64,000 nucleotides of DNA from positions 4,064,001-4,128,000 of the forward strand of contig OZ251539.1 in the NCBI GenBank assembly GCA_965243135.1, given 5' to 3'. The position numbers and the translations under genes are program-made. Shown in pieces: positions 1 through 9,199 of the stretch; position 1 is the first letter of the stretch, and each line of letters starts with the position of its first letter. The notes beneath the pieces were generated by a model. The model saw nothing but the letters and a program-made list of their open reading frames with translations, was not told the DNA's origin and did not search any database. Source of the DNA: Alphaproteobacteria bacterium. Lineage in GTDB: Bacteria; Pseudomonadota; Alphaproteobacteria; MPNO01; UBA830.

Positions 1-510
1 GACGTGTTCGCGCGGCAGGAAGAATTGAAGTCGCGCGAACGGGCGAGCCTCGACGACATCCTGACCCTGCCGGTGGCCGACCGGCCCGACTGGTCGCCGG
101 AAGACGTCCGGCGCGAACTCGACAACAACGCCCAGGGAATCCTCGGCTACGTCGTACGCTGGGTGGAGCAGGGAATCGGCTGCTCCAAGGTGCCCGACAT
201 CAACGACGTCGGGCTGATGGAGGACCGGGCGACGCTGCGGATCTCCAGCCAGCACATCGCCAACTGGCTGCATCATGGCGTCTGCACCGAAGAACAGGTC
301 CGCGAAACGCTGGAACGGATGGCGGCCGTGGTCGACCGGCAGAACGCGAACGACCCGGACTATCGCCCCATGTCGCCCGACTTCGCGAACAGCGTCGCGT
401 TCCAGGCGGCCTGCGACCTTGTCTTCCGGGGGCGCGAGCAGCCGAACGGCTATACCGAGCCGGTGCTGCATCGGCGGCGCATCGAGGCCAAGGCGGCGCA
501 TGCCCGCTGA
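1..510 (+). CDS. glcB: malate synthase G, C-terminal part (5' end outside window)
   Basis: [49 protein letters not shown] and [10 protein letters not shown] are malate synthase G C-terminal motifs. Confidence 0.95.
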   Translation, partial: DVFARQEELKSRERASLDDILTLPVADRPDWSPEDVRRELDNNAQGILGYVVRWVEQGIGCSKVPDINDVGLMEDRATLRISSQHIANWLHHGVCTEEQVRETLERMAAVVDRQNANDPDYRPMSPDFANSVAFQAACDLVFRGREQPNGYTEPVLHRRRIEAKAAHAR

Positions 511-523
511 CGCCGGAGGACCT

Positions 524-2059
524 GTGAAGAACGGCGACATGACCATCCGGCGAATGCTGGAACGCGGCGTGGACGGCGATCCGGCGATCGGCGCTCCGGG
601 CAGGCCGCCGCTCGATTTCGCCGGCCTGCGGGCGCTGGCCGACGCGACGGTCGCCCGGCTGAACGCGCTCGGCGTGGGGCGCGAGGACCGCGTGGCGATC
701 GTTCTTCCCAACGGCCCCGAAATGGCCGCCGCCTTCGTGGCGACCGGCTGCGGCTGCGCCACCGCGCCGCTCAATCCCGCCTACCGCGAGGATGAATTCG
801 ATTTCTATCTCGGCGACCTGAACGCCCGTGCGCTGATCGTCGAGCAAGGGACGGAATCCGCCGCCGCGGCCGTCGCGGCGCGGCGCGGCCTGCCCGTGCT
901 TCGCCTCGTCTCGGCGGCCGGCGAACCGGCGGGACGGTTCGTCCTCGAAGGAGAAGGCGCCGGCGCTCCGACCGCCCGCGGCGGAACCGCCGCGGCGGAC
1001 GATATCGCCCTCGTGCTGCACACGTCGGGAACCACTTCGCGGCCGAAGATCGTCCCTCTGACGCAGCGCAACCTCTCCGCTTCGGCGCGGAACGTCGGCG
1101 AAACGCTCGCCCTCGTCCCCGGCGACAGATGCATGAACGTCATGCCGCTCTTCCACATCCACGGCCTCGTCGCCGCTGTTCTTTCGTCGCTGGCCGCCGG
1201 AGCCAGCGTTCACTGCGCGCCGGGGTTCAACGCGCTTCGGGTCTTCGGCTGGATGGACGAAATCGCGCCGACCTGGTACACGGCCGTGCCCACGATGCAT
1301 CAGGCGATTCTCGCGCGCAGCGCCCGCAATCCCGAAAGCGTCGCGCAGGCGCGGCGCAGCCTCCGCCTGATCAGGTCGTCCTCTGCGTCCCTGCCGCCGC
1401 AGGTCATGGCGGAACTGGAGGAAGCCTTCGACGCGCCGGTCGTCGAATCGTACGGCATGACGGAAGCGGCGCACCAGATGGCGTCGAATCCGCTGCCGCC
1501 CGCCCGGCGCAAGCCGGGTTCGGTCGGGCTGGCGGCGGGTCCCGAGATCGCGATCGCCCGCGAAACCGAAAACGCGCTTCTGGATCCCGCCGAAACCGGC
1601 GAAATCGTGATCCGCGGCGCCAACGTGACTCCGGGTTACGAGAACAACCCCGAAGCCAATGCCGCCGCCTTCTTCGACGGATGGTTCCGCACGGGGGATC
1701 AGGGCCGTATGGACGAAGACGGCTATCTGGCGATCACCGGACGCCTCAAGGAGATCATCAATCGCGGCGGCGAGAAAATTTCCCCCCGCGAGGTGGACGA
1801 GACGCTCATGGATCACCCGGCGGTCGCCCAGGCGGTAACCTTCGCCGTGCCGCACGACAGGCTCGGCGAAGAAGTCGCCGCGGCGATCGTCCTGCGCGAA
1901 GGATCGTCCGCGCAGGAAAGCGAACTGCGCGAATTCGCCGCCGGACGCCTTGCGGACTTCAAGGTGCCGCGCACGGTGGTGATCGTCAACGAGATCCCGA
2001 AAGGGCCGACCGGCAAGCTGCAGCGCATCGCGCTGGCGGACAAGCTCGGTCTCGCCTGA
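524..2059 (+). CDS. acyl-CoA synthetase, oxalate--CoA ligase-like
   Basis: LHTSGTTSRPK AMP-binding motif, MPLFHIHGL, TWYTAVPTMHQ, ESYGMTEAAHQMASNPLPP, GPTGK; GGAGGA before GTG 524 (alternative ATG 539). Confidence 0.85.
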   Translation: MKNGDMTIRRMLERGVDGDPAIGAPGRPPLDFAGLRALADATVARLNALGVGREDRVAIVLPNGPEMAAAFVATGCGCATAPLNPAYREDEFDFYLGDLNARALIVEQGTESAAAAVAARRGLPVLRLVSAAGEPAGRFVLEGEGAGAPTARGGTAAADDIALVLHTSGTTSRPKIVPLTQRNLSASARNVGETLALVPGDRCMNVMPLFHIHGLVAAVLSSLAAGASVHCAPGFNALRVFGWMDEIAPTWYTAVPTMHQAILARSARNPESVAQARRSLRLIRSSSASLPPQVMAELEEAFDAPVVESYGMTEAAHQMASNPLPPARRKPGSVGLAAGPEIAIARETENALLDPAETGEIVIRGANVTPGYENNPEANAAAFFDGWFRTGDQGRMDEDGYLAITGRLKEIINRGGEKISPREVDETLMDHPAVAQAVTFAVPHDRLGEEVAAAIVLREGSSAQESELREFAAGRLADFKVPRTVVIVNEIPKGPTGKLQRIALADKLGLA

Positions 2060-2065
2060 GCCGGC

Positions 2066-3046
2066 ATGCGAATCTGCATCTACGGAGCCGGCGCCATCGG
2101 CGGCTGCCTCGGCGCCGAACTGGCGCTCGACGGAGCCGACGTCACCTTGATCGCCCGCGGTCCCCATCTCGCGGCGATGCGGGAGAAAGGCCTCGTGCTG
2201 ATCCGGGACGGCGCGCCGCGAACGGCGAAGGTGCGCGCCGTCGAGGACCCCGCGGCGGCGGGGCCGCAGGATTTCGTCGTCGTCACCCTGAAAGCGCACT
2301 CCGTGCCGCCCGTGGCCGACCGCTTCGCGGCGCTGTTCCACGACCGGACCGCGGTCGTGTGGGGCGTCAACGGCATCCCCTGGTGGTACTTCCACGGCAT
2401 GGACGGCGACCGCGAAGGTCGGAGGATCGACTGCCTCGACCCCGGCGGCGTCCTGTGGAACGGAATCGGCCCCGACCGGGCGATCGGCTGCGTCGTCTAC
2501 CCCGCGGCGGAAGTCGTCGAACCCGGCGTCGTCCGGCACGTCGAAGGCGATCGGTTCTCGCTCGGCGAACCGTCGGGCGAGCGCACCGAACGGGTGCAGA
2601 ATCTGTCGAGCGCTCTGATTTCGGCGGGTTTCAAGGCGCCGATACGCCCGCAGATCCGCAACGAGATTTGGGTGAAGCTGTGGGGCAACCTCTCCTTCAA
2701 CCCCGTCAGCGCGCTCACCTGCGCCACCCTCGAGACGATCGGTTCCGACCGCGGCACCCGCGAAGTCGTGCGCCGCATGATGCTCGAAGGCCAGGCCGTC
2801 GGCGAAGCGCTCGGAGTCCGCTTCCCGATCGACGTCGACCGGCGCATCGAAGGCGCGGTCCAGGTCGGAGCCCATCGGACGTCCATGCTTCAGGATCTCG
2901 AACGCGGACGTCCCATGGAAATCGACGCCCTCGTCGGAGCGGTCCAGGAACTGGGCCGCATGGCGAAGGTCGAAACCCCCTGCATCGACGCCGTTCTCGC
3001 CCTGGTCAAGCAGCGCGCGCGCGAAGCGGGCTGCTACGACGGTTAG
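2066..3046 (+). CDS. ketopantoate reductase family protein (PanE2 / oxalyl-CoA reductase-like)
   Basis: GAGAIG Rossmann motif, NGIPWWYF, WVKLWGNLSFNPVSALT, TSMLQDLERGRPME. Confidence 0.85.
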   Translation: MRICIYGAGAIGGCLGAELALDGADVTLIARGPHLAAMREKGLVLIRDGAPRTAKVRAVEDPAAAGPQDFVVVTLKAHSVPPVADRFAALFHDRTAVVWGVNGIPWWYFHGMDGDREGRRIDCLDPGGVLWNGIGPDRAIGCVVYPAAEVVEPGVVRHVEGDRFSLGEPSGERTERVQNLSSALISAGFKAPIRPQIRNEIWVKLWGNLSFNPVSALTCATLETIGSDRGTREVVRRMMLEGQAVGEALGVRFPIDVDRRIEGAVQVGAHRTSMLQDLERGRPMEIDALVGAVQELGRMAKVETPCIDAVLALVKQRAREAGCYDG

Positions 3047-3061
3047 CGGCGCCGGCCGAAC

Positions 3062-3865
3062 GTGCCTGCCGACCTCGCTCCGGATCTGCCGGACGGCGCC
3101 GTTCGAATCGATGTCGGCGGCTGCCGTCTGTTCGGCGCGTGGAGCAGGCCGCCGCTTCCCGGCCGAACGACTCTGGTCTTTCTCCACGACGGCCTCGGCA
3201 GCGTGGAGACGCTGCGGCAACTGCCTTCGCGGCTGGCGGACGCGCTGAGCCTGCCCGCGTTCGCCTACGATCGCCCCGGTTACGGCCGTTCGGATCCGGT
3301 GGAGCGATTCTCGGCGGACTTCATGAGCGAGGCCGCCGACCAGCTCGAACTCGTGCTCGAAGCGGCCGGAATCGAGGACTGCTGTCTCGTCGGGCACTCC
3401 GACGGCGGCACCGTGGCGCTGCTGCACGGCGCGCGTTACCGGGGACGGGTTCGCGCCATCGTCTCCATCGCCGCCCATGTCCGGCGGGATCGGCTGACGC
3501 TCGGCCAGGTTCGTCGGCACCTCGAAATGGTCGACGACGTGCCCGACTGGATGACGCGCTTCCACGGCGCGCGGGCGGCGCATCTCCTGCGCATCTGGGC
3601 GGAGGCATGGCTGCAATGCGGAGACTGGAACATCTGCGACGAAATCGCCGCCGTCGAAGCGCCGCTGCTCGCCCTGCAGGGCGAGAATGACGCCTACGGG
3701 TTGCCGGACCAGCTCGAGGATATCGGGCGCTTCGTCCGTCACGCGGAAACCGAATTGCTGGAAGGCGCGGGACATTTCCCACACCTCGAGGACCCCGAGC
3801 GCATCGTGCGGCGCGTGCGCCGTTTTCTCGATCCCTACGCCGGCCGGCCCGCCGTCTCCCCGTAA
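3062..3865 (+). CDS. alpha/beta fold hydrolase
   Basis: FLHDGLGS, YDRPGYGRS, GHSDGG nucleophile elbow, GHFPHLE. Confidence 0.85.
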   Translation: MPADLAPDLPDGAVRIDVGGCRLFGAWSRPPLPGRTTLVFLHDGLGSVETLRQLPSRLADALSLPAFAYDRPGYGRSDPVERFSADFMSEAADQLELVLEAAGIEDCCLVGHSDGGTVALLHGARYRGRVRAIVSIAAHVRRDRLTLGQVRRHLEMVDDVPDWMTRFHGARAAHLLRIWAEAWLQCGDWNICDEIAAVEAPLLALQGENDAYGLPDQLEDIGRFVRHAETELLEGAGHFPHLEDPERIVRRVRRFLDPYAGRPAVSP

Positions 3866-4308
3866 GGCCTCTGTCCCGGACGCGGCGACGGCCCGGTCGC
3901 CGCGAACCGGAGAGAGGGAACGTTTCGGAGAGCCGTCACCTTCGCCTGGCGGCCGCCCGCCGTCGCGGGACCGCGTTGCGGCCCGGAAATCTTCGAGCGG
4001 TCCGGCCGCGCTTGAACCGCCGCGGCTCGCTCGCGACGGCGGCGCGGTCGCCCCGGAAAAAGATCGGCGGCGGCCTTTTCTGGCCGAACGGACCGCGACG
4101 ACGATCCGTCGCCCTGGAGGGAATCGCCGCGGCGCCGACGCCTCGCCCGTAAATCGCGGCGTTGCCGGTCGGCGAAGCCCTCGAATTGAAATTGATCTAT
4201 CTTGATGACGTTCGCCCCGCGCCATTGCCCGGGTTTGGAGCGGTTGCGAACGACGCGAAGGCCCCGGAGACGCTTCCGGGCATATCCTCCGCCGACAGGG
4301 AGGCTGCG

Positions 4309-5166
4309 ATGTTCCGAAGGCTCGGTTCGCGTCAGGCGTTTCTGGTCGGCGCCGTGGTCTCCATGGCGCTCGCCGCCGGCGGCGCATGGCAGTTCGAGCG
4401 CTCGCCCCTGGCGCTGCTGAACGCGCTTCTGCCGGTCTGGATAGGAATCGCCGCCGTTTTCTGGGCGCTGTGGCGCATCGTTCTTCGACCGGCCGGAACG
4501 AACCTTCCGCCGCGGCCTCTCACCGCGGATTTCGAGCCTTTGCGGCTCGACATGCGCTATGCCGACCTGTCGGCTCTGCCCCTCGAAGCGCTGACATTCG
4601 TCGTGGCCGATACGGAGACCACGGGCCTGCGCCCGGACAGCGACCGGATCGTGCAGATCGGGGCCGTCCGCATCGAAAACGGCAAGCTTTTGCAAGGCGA
4701 TTCGTTCGAACGCCTCGTCAATCCCGGACGGCCGATTCCTGCCGCCTCGATCCGTTTCCACGGCATTACCGACGACATGGTCGCTCAAGCGCCCGCCATC
4801 GACGAAATCCTGCAGGAGTTCCTCGAGTATGCGGGAGACGCCGTGCTCGTCGGCCACAACATCGCCTTCGACATCGCTTTCATGAACCGGATCAGGCGGA
4901 TCGAGAACCCGATGCTGGACACCATGCTGCTTTCGATCGGCGCTTTCCGGAACAAGCAGGACCACACGCTCGACTCCCTGGCCAGGCAGTTCGACGAGGA
5001 AGTCCGGGATCGCCATACGGCTCTAGGCGACGCGGAACTGACCGCCCGCGTCTTTCTGCGGATGTGGCCGGACCTCCGGCGCAGCGGAGTGCGGCGGTTC
5101 GGCGACGCGCAGGATCTGTGCGCCGATTCCGCCCTGCGCGTCGGCGCCATGCGGCCTTACGCGTAG
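4309..5166 (+). CDS. membrane-anchored DEDDh (DnaQ-like) 3'-5' exonuclease
   Basis: two N-terminal hydrophobic segments; VADTETTG, VGHNIAFD, RHTALGDA motifs; GGGAGG RBS before ATG 4309. Confidence 0.85.
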   Translation: MFRRLGSRQAFLVGAVVSMALAAGGAWQFERSPLALLNALLPVWIGIAAVFWALWRIVLRPAGTNLPPRPLTADFEPLRLDMRYADLSALPLEALTFVVADTETTGLRPDSDRIVQIGAVRIENGKLLQGDSFERLVNPGRPIPAASIRFHGITDDMVAQAPAIDEILQEFLEYAGDAVLVGHNIAFDIAFMNRIRRIENPMLDTMLLSIGAFRNKQDHTLDSLARQFDEEVRDRHTALGDAELTARVFLRMWPDLRRSGVRRFGDAQDLCADSALRVGAMRPYA

Positions 5167-5175
5167 GAAGGAACG

Positions 5176-6606
5176 TCAGAAGATGTCGCCGGTGAAGTCC
5201 GCGCGCACGCGGTCGCACAGGGTATCGATCGTCCGGAAAGCGACGCGAAGATCCCGCCTCTCGACGCGGCGCAGCTTCGCCGGCGCCACGTAGTTCGTCG
5301 CCGGCGTCCCGGCTTCGAAGCTCGCGATCTGCGACCGCAGAAGCAACCGGCAAACGGTGTCGAAAGCGTCGGCGATTTCCGCCCGTTCGTCCGCATCGAG
5401 CACGCCCGCTTCCCCGAGCGCCTGAATTCGCGCCAGAGTGGATACGGAGGGAATCCCCGCCTTGAGCGCCAGGAGCCTTATCGCCGCCACCACGGGTTGC
5501 GTGCCGCAGCGCTTGAGGTGGATCAGGCCGCGCTCGGCGCGGAACCGGCCGAACAGTCCGAGGGCCGAACGCATCCCTTCGCGCTGCGCGAGCATGTCTC
5601 TCAGAAACAGGTGATTCTCGGGCATCGCGGCGGTGACGAGGCTGCGAAGCGGCCGCGCCAGATCGGCATTCCCCGCCACCGGCGCGAAGTCGAAGAAGAT
5701 GTCGGACAGCAGCACCGCCGCGGCGCTCCGGCGCCGCATCCAGATGCCGATTTGTTCGCGCCACTGCGTCTGGGTCTTGCGCCATAACGGGTTGGTCGCC
5801 ATCACGTTGCCCTTGCAGAAGGGAAAGCCGACCGCGTTCATTCTCGCCGTCAGACGTTCGGCGAAATCGATGAACCATGCGTCCATTCGCGGATGGTCGG
5901 CGTCCGCATAGTCGGCGATGACGAGGCCGTTGTCCTGGTCGGGCGCGAGGAAGTTCTCCTCGCGGCCTCCCGACCCCATGACGATCAACGCGAATTCGGC
6001 GGGCGGCTCGCCCGTCGTTTCGCGCAGGATGCCGTCCGCGACGCGGCGGTAAACGTCGTTGTTGACGTGGGTGATCAAGGCGAGGACATCGGCGACGGGC
6101 GAACCGTCGGCGAGCAGGTCCGCGGCTATCTCCGCCTCCGCCGCCTTGACCGAGGCGAGCGCGGTTTCGCTTCCGCCTTCCGAAAGCCGGTCGATGCGTT
6201 CCATCAGGTCGTCGGACAGGACGGCTGTCGCCCGGTCGAGATGAAGCATGCCCGCGAGTCGGCCGGCGGCATCGACGACCGGAAGGTGGCGGAGGGCCAT
6301 CCGGCGCATCGTCGCGATGGCGCGGTAGAGATATTCCGTTTCCTCCACGGAGACGACGGGCGACGTCATCGCCGCCGAAACCGGTTCCGTGCCGTCGAGC
6401 CTGAAAGCGACGCGGCGCGCGACGTCCGCCTCGGTAAGGATGCCGGCTGGACGGCCGCCGTCGTCGACCAGCACGATGCCCGACTCGCGCGCTTTCGAGA
6501 GGCGGCGGACGGCGTCGGAAACCGCGACGTCGCAGGCCGCGGTCGGCGGCGGGCCGACCAGCGTGTCGCGCACGCGGCGGCGGAAAATTTCCGTCTGCGC
6601 GCCCAT
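5176..6606 (-). CDS. CBS-pair + DUF294 nucleotidyltransferase-like protein
   Basis: N-terminal CBS repeats (GILTEADV, RHLPVVD); MGSGGREE...DQDNGL NTase motif; C-G-VMATNPLW. Confidence 0.9.
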   Translation of the reverse strand: MGAQTEIFRRRVRDTLVGPPPTAACDVAVSDAVRRLSKARESGIVLVDDGGRPAGILTEADVARRVAFRLDGTEPVSAAMTSPVVSVEETEYLYRAIATMRRMALRHLPVVDAAGRLAGMLHLDRATAVLSDDLMERIDRLSEGGSETALASVKAAEAEIAADLLADGSPVADVLALITHVNNDVYRRVADGILRETTGEPPAEFALIVMGSGGREENFLAPDQDNGLVIADYADADHPRMDAWFIDFAERLTARMNAVGFPFCKGNVMATNPLWRKTQTQWREQIGIWMRRRSAAAVLLSDIFFDFAPVAGNADLARPLRSLVTAAMPENHLFLRDMLAQREGMRSALGLFGRFRAERGLIHLKRCGTQPVVAAIRLLALKAGIPSVSTLARIQALGEAGVLDADERAEIADAFDTVCRLLLRSQIASFEAGTPATNYVAPAKLRRVERRDLRVAFRTIDTLCDRVRADFTGDIF

Positions 6607-6914
6607 CGGCCAAGCCCCGTCCGTCTTCCGGGCGCCAAGAAAGACCTCTACGGCGAAAAAATCAACGGCCCGTTCCGGGTTCCTTTTTCCGGAAACTTTT
6701 GCGCCGCGCCTTTCATTTTTTCGGCCGCCCGTCCGGCGGCGGCGGCCCGGAGCAGCGCGCAGTTCCGCGACCCCCCGTTTCGCGGCGGCGAATTCATGGC
6801 AAGAACGGGCAACTTCCTCGCGCCTTGGGGAGGCGCGGCGTCCGGCAATCTTTGCCGCGAGGGACGGCCGGCGGGCGAACCGGAACGCGACGACGCGCAG
6901 GCATCGCCTCGACG

Positions 6915-6944
6915 TTGCGCCCCGCCGGGCCGCCGGGCTATATT
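6915..6944 (+). promoter_or_regulatory. candidate sigma70 promoter of the tRNA
   Basis: TTGCGC, 17-18 nt spacer, (C)TATATT directly upstream of the tRNA. Confidence 0.45.
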
Positions 6945-6952
6945 CGATCGAC

Positions 6953-7029
6953 GGCCCCGTAGCTCAGCAGGATAGAGCGGCGGATTCCTAATCCGTAGGT
7001 CGGGGGTTCGAATCCCTCCGGGGTCGCCA
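6953..7029 (+). tRNA. tRNA-Arg (anticodon CCT)
   Basis: GGCCCCG acceptor pairs with CGGGGTC; D-arm AGCTCAG..GGATAGAGC; anticodon stem GCGGA-TTCCTAA-TCCGT; GGTTCGAATCC T-arm; encoded CCA. Confidence 0.97.
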
Positions 7030-7113
7030 CGCGCCGCAGGCTCTCCGAGCGAACCGCAGCCGACAAAATGGCACACGCCTCTACGTCACTGCTTTCCGTC
7101 CGCAGAGGAAACG

Positions 7114-7455
7114 TCACGCAGCGCGACTTCCCGCTCGGCGGCGCACCGTACGCTCGGCGACGTCCAGATCGTAACGGGTCTGAAGGTTGATCCAGAACTC
7201 CGGCGTCGTTCCGAAATAGCGCCCCAGGCGCAGCGCGGTGTCGGTCGCGACGGCGCGGCGTCCGAGCGCGACGGCGTTCAATCGCGAACGCGAAAGCCCG
7301 ATCTCGCGGGCAAGCCGGTACACGCTGAGTTCCATCGGCTTCAGGAATTCGTCACGCAGGATCTCGCCGGGGTGCACCGGCGGCAGCCGCCGCCCCGAAG
7401 TCACGTCCGAGAAGTCGACCTTTCGGCGGTCCACGTCTTCGCGTTCGATGGTCAT
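7114..7455 (-). CDS. higA: HigA family antitoxin (XRE HTH)
   Basis: PPVHPGEILRDEFL...TDTALRLGRYFGTTPEFWINLQ-RYDL; GAGGAG RBS upstream. Confidence 0.9.
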   Translation of the reverse strand: MTIEREDVDRRKVDFSDVTSGRRLPPVHPGEILRDEFLKPMELSVYRLAREIGLSRSRLNAVALGRRAVATDTALRLGRYFGTTPEFWINLQTRYDLDVAERTVRRRAGSRAA

Positions 7456-7470
7456 GGCCGCTTCATCTCC

Positions 7471-7600
7471 TCGATGGCAGTCGACGATCTCCGCCTCCCG
7501 CGCGTCGCCAGCGCGCCAGACGAAAACGCCGTTGCTCGTTGACGCGAACGCTACACCGCCCTCGGCGGCCGCGCCGGACCGAAGGCGGCAGCGCGGCCGC
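7471..7600 (-). pseudogene. higB: degenerate HigB/RelE-type toxin, 3' fragment
   Basis: GRCSVRVNEQR, then after a frameshift FVWRAGDAREAEIVDCH, matches the HigB C-terminus (SIRVNDQWRICFVW..GDA..VEIVDYH); stop codon appears mutated to CGA. Confidence 0.75.
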
Positions 7601-7785
7601 GGAACGATGGGCAATGCCGCTCGCGTCTTCCGCCGACGGCACGTTCTCTCGATGACGGAGCATATATCACACTCATATTGAGCTACGAGACTGTCGTGAA
7701 GTTTTCCGTCAATCATGCCGCTCGAGGTCTTGGCGGCTTCCGGCAAGATGGCGTCTCGAGATCGCTTCCCCGCCTCCGGACCGCG

Positions 7786-7875
7786 GCCGTCGCCGACCCG
7801 GACGGCGGAGGCCTTGACGGTATCATGGGCGAGGCGAGCGTAGCGGACGGTGGTCTGAACCTGGGCGCGGCCGAG
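7786..7875 (-). pseudogene. tyrosine integrase C-terminal remnant
   Basis: translates as LGRAQVQTTVRYARLAHDTVKASAVRVGDG, resembling the integrase box II LGH.QVQTT.RYAHL; the rest of the gene is absent. Confidence 0.7.
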
Positions 7876-8042
7876 GCAGCTTCATCGGCAGCCCGTCATC
7901 CTTCCGCGCTTAACTCTGCATCTCCGACGGCGCGATGCGCAGCGGGTTTCAACTTGACGTTCAGAGTCGTTCGTTTCCATGGAGTGGCCGGCGTTTGGTG
8001 GGCCGGAAGCCGACAGGGACATCCGTTCCTGCCTGCGCCGCC

Positions 8043-9017
8043 TCAAGGCGAAAGGCGCGGCGCGAACTCGCGTTTCCAGTCTTCGGTCGCCCGCATCAAT
8101 GCGGCGCGGACGCCCGGATCCATCGCCGAATGCCCTCCGTCCGGCACGACGACCATCTCCGAAGCCGGCCATGCGCGGTGCAGTTCGTGCGCCGTCGTCA
8201 TCGGACAGATCATGTCGTAGCGGCCTTGAACGATCTTGCAGCGCAGATGAACTATCCTGTCCAGATTGTCCATAATCTGGTTGTCGCTCATGAAGTTTCC
8301 GTTGACGAAATAATGCGCCTCGATCCGGGCGAGCGCATAGGCCATCTCTTCCTCGCCGAACGCGGCCACCGTTTCCGGGCTCGGCAACAGGGTCGAGCAC
8401 GCGCCCTCGTAACGGCTCCATGCGCGAGCCGCCGGCATATGCGTCGCGGGATCCGGATCGAGCAACCGGCGATGATAGTTCCGCAGGATGTCGCATCGCT
8501 CGCCCTCGCCGAGGCCCGACGCGAAATCGTTCCACGCTTCGGGAAAAACCGTCCGCAAACCGTAGAGATACCAGTCGATCTCTTGCGGCCGTCCGAGAAA
8601 AACGCCGCGCAACACCATGCCGAGACAACGCTCCGGATGCGCTTCGGCGAAGGCGAGCGCCAGAGTGCTGCCCCAGGAGCCGCCGAAGAGAAGGAACCGT
8701 TCGATGCCGAGAAAGTCGCCGAGCGCGGCGATGTCGCCGACGAGGTCTTCGGTCGTGTTGCCCTCCAGCGCGCCGCGGGGCGTCGACCGGCCGGCGCCGC
8801 GCTGATCGAAGATCACGATCCGATAGGCGTCCGGATCGAAAAACCGGCGATGGGTGGCGGTCGCTCCCGCGCCCGGTCCGCCATGCAAAAACAGGACCGG
8901 CGCGCCGTCCGGGCGGCCCGATTGCTCCCAGTACATTTCGTGAGGCCGGTCGAGTTCCAGCATCCCGGACGCGTACGGCTCGATCGGCGGATACAGATGT
9001 TCGCGCCGCGGACTCAC
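8043..9017 (-). CDS. pip: proline iminopeptidase
   Basis: LYPPIEPY, FLHGGPG, FDQRGAGRSTP, FGGSWGSTLAL, VQGRYD. Confidence 0.95.
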   Translation of the reverse strand: MSPRREHLYPPIEPYASGMLELDRPHEMYWEQSGRPDGAPVLFLHGGPGAGATATHRRFFDPDAYRIVIFDQRGAGRSTPRGALEGNTTEDLVGDIAALGDFLGIERFLLFGGSWGSTLALAFAEAHPERCLGMVLRGVFLGRPQEIDWYLYGLRTVFPEAWNDFASGLGEGERCDILRNYHRRLLDPDPATHMPAARAWSRYEGACSTLLPSPETVAAFGEEEMAYALARIEAHYFVNGNFMSDNQIMDNLDRIVHLRCKIVQGRYDMICPMTTAHELHRAWPASEMVVVPDGGHSAMDPGVRAALMRATEDWKREFAPRLSP

Positions 9018-9199
9018 GGCGACCCCTCGGACCGGCGCGGCGCCGCGCATTCGCGCTTTCGGTCGCGGCGACCGCCGCGCGGCGGACGGAGCGGCGCGCA
9101 GCGAGTCGGCGACTGGCGGAGAACGCCTGCGCCTTGCATACTTCCGGACGAACCTCCTGCCGCCGCGCCGGACGGCGGGAACGACGGAGCACTCGACGA

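Noticed and set aside
3866-4160. GC-rich inverted repeats suggesting an ncRNA or REP element
   Set aside because: Such pairing is expected at this GC content; no second copy or known motif recognised.
4185-4206. FNR-like box (TTGAA-N4-ATCTA) upstream of the exonuclease
   Set aside because: Two mismatches to TTGAT-N4-ATCAA and no supporting context.
200-4387. 1395-aa minus-strand ORF, and similar long shadow ORFs (13642-17169 +, 51794-54178 +, 39659-41617 +)
   Set aside because: Antisense or off-frame to well-supported genes, Arg/Pro/Ala-rich with no motifs; typical artefact of stop-codon scarcity in high-GC DNA.
7007-7029. tRNA 3'-end duplication (att site) bounding an intact island
   Set aside because: I could not find a second copy of the tRNA 3' end in the window.
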